DNA of 32,000 nucleotides from Heliobacterium chlorum (GTDB lineage: Bacteria; Bacillota; Desulfitobacteriia; Heliobacteriales; Heliobacteriaceae). Under the pieces are notes generated by a model. The model saw only the letters and a program-made list of their open reading frames with translations. It did not search any database and was not told the DNA's origin. Positions 19,051 through 27,500 of the stretch are shown here, one piece after another; within the stretch, counting starts at the first letter, position 1; each line of letters begins with the position of its first letter. Made by a program: the position numbers and the translations under genes. The stretch lies in NCBI RefSeq assembly GCF_014502795.1, contig NZ_JACVHF010000025.1, positions 9,593-41,592 of the forward strand, written 5' to 3'.

Positions 19051-20922
19051 TTAGAGCCCTAAGCGATCTAATATCTTCAATGCTAAGGTTGTGTAATCTA
19101 GGCTGAGAAGAAGTTCTCTATTTTCTAACGTGTTCATGTTGTTTATGATCTTGACCCAACCTTGAGAATCTAATTCTGAAGCAATTTCAGATACACGACC
19201 TCCACACGAACCAATTAAATAGACGGGTAAATTTTTTCTCAATGCCATTTCAATCTCTTCATCGACGCCAGATAATGTTCCGTTCGGTTTACTTCTTCCA
19301 CCTAGTGCAACCAGACCTAATGCATTTTCATCATTAATCATAGCCTGACGCATGACCGTCAGGCTTTTCTCCCGATTACCATCGATGATTTTGGTTGGAA
19401 TAACAGTCGAATATTGCTTAAACGTTTCAATCTCTTTATCTGATACGAAATATTTAGAAATATAAAGCCGAATAGCTTCTTTATAATCATAAGGGCAGCG
19501 CCTTTTGGCTAAGTCAAAAATCAATGGTTGAAAGGTAGGGTGACCACCAAAGATTACCCTACCGCCACAGTCAAGAATTGCCTGAGTTAGGGCATGAATT
19601 GCCGTCGTTAAATTCTGTTGATATATAGGTCCACACATGGGAAATGAACCGGAAATAATAACTCCGTTCTTTTTGTTCCCATTTCTTGGTGGGACGCTTA
19701 TGTACTTGTGTATATTCGTTAAATACTCGTCTGCTGAGTCAACATAAAAAAAACCCGGAGAAAAGTTTTTAATACATGTCCCCTGAGAAGGTGCAAGTAA
19801 AAGGGCCGCATCTACAAGGTGACCATGTTTAGGATGTGCTATGTAGCCCATCGCTTGTATATTTTTGTCGAACAACTGAATATCGGAATCTTCTGGATGC
19901 CTACCATAAAACTGAACAAGATGAGTCATAGGACGTTGAGGGTATCGAAAACCTCTTCGAGGGAGTTGAACCTCATAAATAAGATTCTTTTGATCTAACT
20001 CGATAATATTGGCACCTTCAAAGCTTATAACAGACTTTAACCGATTAATTCGATCGAAGACGTTATGACCGGATTCCATACAAACCTTAAAGGCAGTCTC
20101 GATTATACTTTCTATAACTTCAGGATTTAGAGTTTTGTCGGAACTAGACAAATCACCTAGATGTAAATGCGGTTCGCGAGCTGGACGTACCGGTAGTTCT
20201 GATCTTCCGTCTACAAGACCAACTTTTATCCAAACAATGGGTATATTTAGTGCGAGGGCTAACTGTAGCTCCCGAGCAACCCATTTAGATTCTCCCGCTT
20301 TAGGAGTATCTAGAAAAAGAACAACGTCACTCTTACAAAGGTTTCGTTCTATAACTTCCTGTGCGTCTTCCCCTACCAGTACCTCAGTAAGATCTCGAAA
20401 TGTATGTTCAGCCCTTATGCATAATTCGCGGTAAAGGGTAGCTGCAAAAATCTCTCCATCAGCTCGGCGATGACTCAAAAAGAAACACATACGTGTCCTT
20501 GATAGATTAGGTTTTAGCTTAACTACAACGACTCGTGCCAATACGACAGCAATAGTTTCGAGACTAGAGGAAGTTAAAGAACGTAAGTTGATTTGATCAA
20601 CAACATCGAAGCTTTGCCGAGTGCTTATTAATGTGTGAGGGGTTCGCGTGTCCCTATCGAGGGCAACTGGAATTACTTCTGTGTTTGTATTTATACCCCT
20701 CGTTAAAACTTCAGTGATTAAAGAATCATAGTTGTTATCTGGTCGGTTAAAGATAATAAGTACATCATTATCAGTGAACTGGACACTCTTCAAGACATTC
20801 TCAGAACAAAGCGAAACGACCTCTACATATTGTTCTAATTCAGATCTAAGCGCGTTGAAAAACCTAATTGCCGTGACGATAGAACCCAGTGTCTTCTTGG
20901 GATCTATGAGATAAGCCTTCAT
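19051..20922 (-). CDS. Multidomain TIR + SLOG(LOG/DprA-like) protein, 623 aa
   Basis: Central TIR-like block: MCFFLSHRRADGEIFAATLYRELC ... SDVVLFLDTPKAGESKWVARELQLAL ... IPIVWIKV. C-terminal Rossmann-like block with Gly motifs: GVIISGSFP, GGRVIFGGHPTFQPLI, LVALGGRSKPNGTLSGVDEEIEMA, YLIGSCGG. These resemble SLOG/LOG signatures. GGGAGGA SD lies before the ATG. Confidence 0.7.
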   Translation of the reverse strand: MKAYLIDPKKTLGSIVTAIRFFNALRSELEQYVEVVSLCSENVLKSVQFTDNDVLIIFNRPDNNYDSLITEVLTRGINTNTEVIPVALDRDTRTPHTLISTRQSFDVVDQINLRSLTSSSLETIAVVLARVVVVKLKPNLSRTRMCFFLSHRRADGEIFAATLYRELCIRAEHTFRDLTEVLVGEDAQEVIERNLCKSDVVLFLDTPKAGESKWVARELQLALALNIPIVWIKVGLVDGRSELPVRPAREPHLHLGDLSSSDKTLNPEVIESIIETAFKVCMESGHNVFDRINRLKSVISFEGANIIELDQKNLIYEVQLPRRGFRYPQRPMTHLVQFYGRHPEDSDIQLFDKNIQAMGYIAHPKHGHLVDAALLLAPSQGTCIKNFSPGFFYVDSADEYLTNIHKYISVPPRNGNKKNGVIISGSFPMCGPIYQQNLTTAIHALTQAILDCGGRVIFGGHPTFQPLIFDLAKRRCPYDYKEAIRLYISKYFVSDKEIETFKQYSTVIPTKIIDGNREKSLTVMRQAMINDENALGLVALGGRSKPNGTLSGVDEEIEMALRKNLPVYLIGSCGGRVSEIASELDSQGWVKIINNMNTLENRELLLSLDYTTLALKILDRLGL

Positions 20923-20972
20923 AGCTTTCCTCCCACTACGATACGACCTAAATTTATTTTAGTTTAATTTGA

Positions 20973-20995
20973 CCAAAATTCGTGTCGAATTTTGG
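20973..20995. promoter_or_regulatory. Perfect palindrome (10-bp arms, 3-bp centre) in the divergent intergenic region upstream of the TIR-SLOG gene
   Basis: ccaaaattcg tgt cgaattttgg, 51-73 nt upstream of start codon 20922. It has operator-like geometry. Confidence 0.4.
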
Positions 20996-21272
20996 CATGA
21001 ATATTTTATTAAAATAATATTTTGCCGTAAAGTCTTTGCTAACATATAATAGTAAATTATATAGTTACATACATAGCCATAAAAGCCGAGTGAATGCAAG
21101 CGGTTTTAATTACTGCAAATTTTTGTTCCTCTATAGGTCCGTTATAGTAGAAGAAATTTTAGCTAATCTCTTGACAAAAAGGATTCAGCACATAGTCATA
21201 GAAAAACTAAATGATCGGATTATTGTTTGCCGATTATAACGAAATTTGTTGTTGGACAATGGAGAATTACTG

Positions 21273-22331
21273 ATGAACGAAGATATTCTCAATCATATTT
21301 CTCAAATGCTAAAAAACCACAAATTAAAGACGATGGAACTCTCTCTTTTGCAGGATACCATGCCTGGAAACACCGATTATCGAAGCTTTGCGTCAATCAT
21401 CAATAAACTCATTGATGATGGGGTACTGACACCGATCAAAGCAAAAGGGACGAATCGGAAAACTTCGCCCCTGCCCAACAAATTCACTATCGGGCACGGA
21501 AGAGTTCACGAAGAACACTATCAGAGGCTCAAACGTGCCCGGTTGCGGTTTCATTCGTCGATTGACTTATCAAGTTATTACCGACTGAGCCCCGCCGTTT
21601 GGGAAAAGGATCAGGATTCACTGGCCAAGCTAGACGCCTACCTGCAGAAGCAGGGCTTACCGCAAAAAGCCGCTTCCCTACAGGAACGTTCTTTTGAAAT
21701 TTTTGATCATGAGAAATGGTTGGAAAGCAAAGAAGGGACCGATTTCTTAGCCCGAGTCGGCCTGTCTCTTGAAAGGCTCTCGGTCGTTCCCGTCCCCGAT
21801 CCCTGCATGTTTGCGATGCAATCCGAATTGTATAAAGATCCCCAGCGCCTGTGTCATGAACATTTGATTGTAGAAAATAAGACGCCCTACCATGTGCTCA
21901 TGCCATTGATGCATCAGCAACGCGTCTTCACGACGCTGATTTACGGCCAGGGCAAGGCGATCATTTCAACCCTACAAGGGTTTACGACTCAGGCTGGTTT
22001 TTGTTTAGGTGAACAGAACCACACCTTTCACTACTACGGCGATCTAGATCATGAAGGCATCAGCATTTGGTACAGCTTGCAGAAGCGTTACCCGATTCGC
22101 TTGGCCCTGCCTTTTTACCGCGCCTTACTGCAAAAAGAGTATGCCATCGGAAAAGAGAACCAGAGGCCGAATCCGGAAGCTTTCGCCCTGTTTTTAACGA
22201 ACTTTTCATCACAAGAACAAGCAGCGATTCAATCGATGATGGACCAAGGTGGGTACTTACCCCAAGAGGCCTTGTCGGCGGAAGAGACAGCGAATATATG
22301 GAGGAACCAGCATGGATCAGCGTCTAGCTGA
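21273..22331 (+). CDS. JetD/MksG-like Toprim-domain protein (putative nuclease subunit) with an N-terminal winged-helix-like region
   Basis: HLIVENKTPYH (Toprim Glu) and HYYGDLDHEGISIW (DxD) in the C-terminal half. GGAG lies 8 nt before ATG 21273. The track start 21246 is a TTG. Confidence 0.7.
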   Translation: MNEDILNHISQMLKNHKLKTMELSLLQDTMPGNTDYRSFASIINKLIDDGVLTPIKAKGTNRKTSPLPNKFTIGHGRVHEEHYQRLKRARLRFHSSIDLSSYYRLSPAVWEKDQDSLAKLDAYLQKQGLPQKAASLQERSFEIFDHEKWLESKEGTDFLARVGLSLERLSVVPVPDPCMFAMQSELYKDPQRLCHEHLIVENKTPYHVLMPLMHQQRVFTTLIYGQGKAIISTLQGFTTQAGFCLGEQNHTFHYYGDLDHEGISIWYSLQKRYPIRLALPFYRALLQKEYAIGKENQRPNPEAFALFLTNFSSQEQAAIQSMMDQGGYLPQEALSAEETANIWRNQHGSASS

Positions 22332-23826
22332 CTTGACGAGAGGCTTTCGCGATCGCATCAACCGCCTGGCCATCTTTGATCCCCTCTACGAACTAGGGCG
22401 AAAGGTCAGCCGGGACCAGCAGAATAACCCCATCGACTGGTTCAGCCTCGGCATGGTCAGCCTGCTCTTTTTCTTCGAAAGCATGCTGACGCGGCGACGG
22501 CAGACCTCGGTGAAAGATTTGGCGGCGTACCTAATGGAGCTCAACCAGGAAGGCCCCATCAGCGCCGATGAAGCGGGATTTCAAAAAATCGCCCGGGAGA
22601 TTATCGACGCCTTCCGAGACGCCTCGGGTAAGCGAAAAGAAAAAGTATTCTTTAACTGGGAAACGCGCCAGGAGGACCGGATTTATTACTCTCTCATTGA
22701 AGTGAGCGACTCCGACTTGAGCCAAAACATCCAGAATTACCGCTTAACCGAGCGAGGGCTGGAACTGATCTTTGCAACGAAAGAGTATTTCAGTGAGTTT
22801 CATCTTTCCATCAGTCAATTGGTGCTCCGGAAACAGCTCGAAAAGGGCGAGCTAAATGGGGCCTTGCGCGAAATCGATGAGATGCGGATCGCTGTGGAAC
22901 AACTGCAGCGGAAAATGATTCAACTCAATCTGGAAGTGCAGCGCAACATCATTTCCCACGAGACGCAAAAGAAATACACGGAGATCCTCGATGCCATCCA
23001 TGGACGCCTAACCCGCGAAGAGGAAGAATTCCGTGAACTCTACGGCTTTGTCTTGGAGAAAAAACGGAACTTGGAATATGAGATGACGGCGGAGCGCGAT
23101 ATCCGGGCCTACAACCTGCTCATCCAGATCGCGAAAGAACTCGATGAGGTCCACCGTATGCACCGCGCCCTTTTGCATGACAGCATCACCCTCAAACGCA
23201 AGGCCTTGCATGCGGCCAAGGAATCGCTCTACCATGCCGGGCTCATCGCCTTCAACTTCAACCAGGATGTTACCTCCCGCGCCGTGACCTCTCCTCTACC
23301 TGCCTCTGCCTTGGAAGGGCTGATCAAACCGCTGCTCGGCCCCTATGTGGAGCGAAATTGGTCTCCCTTAGACGTTTTTGCGCCCCAACGAACGGGAGGC
23401 GATGACGAGGGCGAATGGGAGATCCCCCATTTTGCAGAAGCCGATGACCGCACGGAAGGCCCGTCCTTTCTCCAACAGCAGCGGCAAAACTTTCATCGGC
23501 TCAGTCAAGAACTGCAAGCCTATCTGGGAGAAAAAACCGAAATCCGCCTGTCTGAGTTCCTGGGATACCTGCAGGCCGACCCAGAACGGGCTCCTTTCGT
23601 CGAAAACCGGTCGCTCTATGATTACTGGTTGCTCCTTCACCAGCATACACCGTTACAGATCCATCAAGGACGCAATGAAGACGGAAAGAGCTATCTCCTC
23701 GACGACATCATCGCCGCTTTTTCCCACGTGGAAGAGATCGAAGTGCAGGAAGAACCGGAACTGCTACAGCCCCATCCCCGCTATGAGATCCAAGAAATGA
23801 TCTTACGATTGAAGGTGAACGCGTGA
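22312..23826 (+). CDS. Predicted kleisin-like subunit (JetA/MksF-like), 504 aa
   Basis: Assigned by position, size and helical/coiled composition, not by a motif I can recognise. GGAGG at 22300-22304 lies 7 nt before ATG 22312. It overlaps the upstream stop by 20 nt. Confidence 0.5.
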   Translation: MDQRLADLTRGFRDRINRLAIFDPLYELGRKVSRDQQNNPIDWFSLGMVSLLFFFESMLTRRRQTSVKDLAAYLMELNQEGPISADEAGFQKIAREIIDAFRDASGKRKEKVFFNWETRQEDRIYYSLIEVSDSDLSQNIQNYRLTERGLELIFATKEYFSEFHLSISQLVLRKQLEKGELNGALREIDEMRIAVEQLQRKMIQLNLEVQRNIISHETQKKYTEILDAIHGRLTREEEEFRELYGFVLEKKRNLEYEMTAERDIRAYNLLIQIAKELDEVHRMHRALLHDSITLKRKALHAAKESLYHAGLIAFNFNQDVTSRAVTSPLPASALEGLIKPLLGPYVERNWSPLDVFAPQRTGGDDEGEWEIPHFAEADDRTEGPSFLQQQRQNFHRLSQELQAYLGEKTEIRLSEFLGYLQADPERAPFVENRSLYDYWLLLHQHTPLQIHQGRNEDGKSYLLDDIIAAFSHVEEIEVQEEPELLQPHPRYEIQEMILRLKVNA

Positions 23827-24587
23827 CGACCGTCGTTGAACATGCTCATATGGAACTGGCCTTTCATCTATATGCACAATTGCTGCAAAAGGGGCAGTTG
23901 TCCCAAGACCAGCCGGGGTTTCGGGAATATATCGCCCAGAGTGAAGTACGCAGTTTGGTCGACACCTTTGCCACCGAGATGGACAGCGTCGTCGTCAAGA
24001 CCTCAGACCACCTCTACTTGGTGCCCAAGTCAGGCCAGTCCCCCTTCGGCATGAAAAATGCCTACATCAAAAGAGAGTATCTCGGCTACCAGGCGACCAA
24101 CATCGATCTTTACATGATGTACTTTGCCATCATCGTCCTCTTCGGCGAGTTTTATGACAGCTATGAAACGCCGGAGGCGACGCGGGACTTTTTACCGATC
24201 GGTGAGTGGATGAGCAAGATTCGGGAGCGACTCGATACGATCAAGGAACAAGGGGAAGAACAGCTAGATCAGATCGAAGGCGAGACCGAGTGGAACTGGG
24301 TCGGCGTGATTCACTTCTGGGATTCCCTCGACGACCTTAAAGAGACGGCCAAGCGGCAAGATACGAAGCAGCAGAGCCGGCTCGGCTTTCTGAAGCGAGT
24401 CATCCGATTCCTCGACGCCCAGGACCTGGTGCAAGATCAGGGCAACGACGAACTGAAACTGACGGAAAAAGCCAAGATCATCGTCCAACGGTACTACATG
24501 GACCGGGAATACAACCGGGACCTCTTGGCCTATATGTATCAGTTCGATCAAGTGAAAGGGAATGATCCCGATGCCGGCCATCGCTAA
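23823..24587 (+). CDS. Predicted KITE-like subunit (JetB/MksE-like), 254 aa
   Basis: Assigned by position and size. The GTG start overlaps the upstream TGA (GTGA), which suggests translational coupling. Confidence 0.45.
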   Translation: MTTVVEHAHMELAFHLYAQLLQKGQLSQDQPGFREYIAQSEVRSLVDTFATEMDSVVVKTSDHLYLVPKSGQSPFGMKNAYIKREYLGYQATNIDLYMMYFAIIVLFGEFYDSYETPEATRDFLPIGEWMSKIRERLDTIKEQGEEQLDQIEGETEWNWVGVIHFWDSLDDLKETAKRQDTKQQSRLGFLKRVIRFLDAQDLVQDQGNDELKLTEKAKIIVQRYYMDREYNRDLLAYMYQFDQVKGNDPDAGHR

Positions 24588-27500
24588 AATCCGCCTGACG
24601 AACGTGCAGTATGAACAGGGCAATAAACGGTACACGGACCAGACCTTCCGGTTTGACGGCCATAACGGCGCCATTCTGCTCGAAAACGGAGGAGGTAAAT
24701 CGGTCCTTGTGCAAACGGCCGCCCAGGCGGTCATCCCTAATGGCATCCTGGCCGATCGCAAACTCCGTGACACCCTCGACGTGTCGGCGGCGCCGGCCCA
24801 TATCGCTGTAGAGTGGATCCTCAACGACAAACCGCGACAGTACGCCCTGACCTGCGTCACTTTTTATATGGGTAAAGAGGGACTCGAATATCTGCTCTAT
24901 GCCTATGACTACCCAGCCGGAGACAAGGGGCAGATCGAAAACCTCCCTTTTGTGCAGAAAGACCGATCGGGCAAACGTCCGGCCAGTCGCGAGGAGATCA
25001 AAGAATACTACCAAAGCATGTCCTACAGCCACATGAACGCCAAAACCTTCAGCACGAAAAAAGAGTACCAGGCATATCTCGAAGAAACATTTCAAATCGT
25101 CCCCTCTGAATGGGAAGCGATTCTTAAAATCAACGGTGCAGAAGGCGGCGTAGAAAAGTTCTTTGAACAGTGTGCCACGACGGGCCAACTGGTCGACCGG
25201 CTGCTCATCCCGGTGGTAGAACAGGGTATGGCCGGTAACGGCACGAAAGATTTTGCCCGGCTCTTCGATAACCACCGGCAGCATTTTCGCGAATATCTGG
25301 AACTGACCGAACAGATTAAGGAATATCAAGACGTGATCTCCCGCGTCAGCCAAGTGGTGGAACGGTACAGCCGCTTTGACCGTGAGGAGCAGGCCTATCA
25401 ATCGCTGCAAGGCCGCGCCAAGGGGCTGCTTCTGCATGTCGATGAGGAACTGGCCCAGTCGGTAGAGGCCCAGGAAGAATTAGACCGAAAAGAACGGGCC
25501 TTGCAAGAGCAGGAGAAAAGGCTGCATCAAAAAGCCCTTTCCCTAGATATCGCTCGCCTACAGCGAGAACGATCCGAGGCGGAGGAAAGGCTCTACCGTT
25601 GTGAGCAGCGGCGTGATGAAAAACAGGCAGAGCACCGCGAGAGCGCAAGCCTGCTGGAATCGTTGAAACTGGCCGCGCTATTGGAACAACTTCAAGATAA
25701 GCAAACAGACCTAAGCGCATACCAGCGCCAACTGGAGGAACTGGATCATTCGCCCGATATCGCCCATCTGCAAATCGAACGGGCACAGGTTCTCTCCCAA
25801 CTGCGCTATCACTTCGACCGGCTGGAAGAGGACTTCCGTCAACTGCAAGATCGGGCCCAGGCGATTTTATCGGAACTGGCCCAGGAAGAGCAGACGAAGA
25901 AAAAGGCACTCCTCGAAGCAGAGGAAAAGAGGAGAAGCCTACTCGTTCTCCGCACAGAGACTCGGACGCATATCGAGAATAAAGAGCAACAGATGCAGCG
26001 GATCGTCCAGGCCATCTTGCACGATCCGCTGCGGGAGCAAGTGGAGGAACAGCTTCCCCACTGGCAGAAACGGTCTATCGCCCTCGGTGAAGATGTCAAT
26101 GGGCTCATCGCCGATATGGGACGCTGGCAGGCCGAGAGTGAAGAACTGCATCGCCAGGAGAAGCAAATCCAGATAGAATTAACTGCCCTCCGCCAAGATC
26201 TCACCAAGTGGGAGACGGAACTGTCGACCGTCGATAAACAAGCGCAGCAACTGCTCGAACGGTTGCACCTTCTTTCCCCGGAAGACCGGGAGCTCAACTC
26301 TATCTATAAACGGCAGCCGACGATCCGGGCGCGCCTCCATGAAGCCAGGACATTATTGGAAGAAGAGAAGAACCAACAGATGGAGCAGGAACGGATCCTG
26401 CTGCGCTTTTATGACCTTTATAAAGACAGCCAACTGTTCACGGCCGATCCGGGGCTCGAACGGCAGTGCCGACGGTGGCAATCAGACATCCCCTCCTTAC
26501 AACTGGGCACGGCCTTCCTGCAAATCCTTCTGGAAGAGAAGCCCCAGTTGACCATGAGCAGACTCTATGAGCACTATCCCTTCTGGCCCATCACCTTGAT
26601 CTGCGGGGCTGCTGATCTGGGCAAGGTCAAGAAGCTGGTCGAAGGTGCCGCCCAGCAGTGGACCCACCCCGTGTTCATCTTGACGGAGCAGGAAGCGCAG
26701 GCCCGTTGGACGACCCCCTTTGAATTGCCGGCTGTCCACGTATCACCGGGCCAATGGCCGCAGATCTCAGAATCGATCCCTTTTCAGGCCTGGCTGGAAG
26801 AGAGCCGTCAAAAAGCCGCCTTCGTCGTCGAGGAACGCAAAACGCTGGAAGAAAAGCTTCGCCAGTGGCATGCGCTGGCTGATGCCGTCGACCGCTTTTG
26901 GCAGGAATATGATTTTCAAGCGATCTATTTACCGTTAAAAGAAAAGATCAGCCAAGGCAAAGGGCGTTTGGAAGAACTGCACAATGCCGTCGCTCATATC
27001 GATGGTCAAAAGCAGAACTTGCAGCGCCAGTTAAAGGAAGGCGCCAGCAAGAAGATTCGCTGGGAAGCCGAACAGGCTGACGTGACGGAGCGCTACCGGA
27101 AGGGGCTTGAATGGAAGCGACTTCAAGAAGAGCGTAACCGTCTGACGGAAAGGCTGGAAGGACTGAGCGCCGACGAGAAAGGGGTCGCCCAAGAGGTAGA
27201 CGAACTCAAGACACAGATGGACGATCTGGAATCGAAGCAGCGCCAGCAGGAAAAGCGCACCTGGGAACTGGACGAGAAGCTAAAAGATATTCGCAACGAC
27301 GTCGATAACAAGGAAAGCCAAAACAGCGCTCCCGTAAAAGCCGAGCTCTCCCTCAACCTCTTAAAAAGCCGCAAGGCCGAGTTGACTGACAAACTACAGG
27401 GCATCCAGCAAAACCGCAAATCCTTGCAGGCGATGATCGGTAGCGCAGAGAAAGATGTGCACCGGTTGGAGCAGCAGATTCGCAGACAGCGGGAACAATT

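Larger units (their letters stand above)
14920..21250. mobile_element. AT-rich genomic island carrying a tyrosine recombinase and TIR / radical SAM / TIR-SLOG cargo; exact ends not defined
   Basis: Abrupt drop in G+C right after the hrpB stop, returning to host-like composition at the start of the Jet-like operon. A recombinase gene sits at the left end. I found no flanking direct repeats by eye. Confidence 0.6.

Noticed and set aside
21036-21239. 67-aa plus-strand ORF in the AT-rich divergent intergenic region
   Set aside because: It has a TTG start, no SD and an implausible composition. The region is more likely promoter/operator DNA for the two divergent units.
14917-21272. Flanking direct repeats (att sites) or terminal inverted repeats for the AT-rich island
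   Set aside because: Comparing the two junction regions by eye on both strands gave only 7-8-nt matches, which are compatible with chance in AT-rich DNA. The boundaries are left undefined.
22249-22311. Upstream extension of the kleisin-like ORF (track start 22249)
   Set aside because: It would overlap the Toprim gene by 83 nt and encode a basic junk N-terminus. ATG 22312 has a well-spaced GGAGG.
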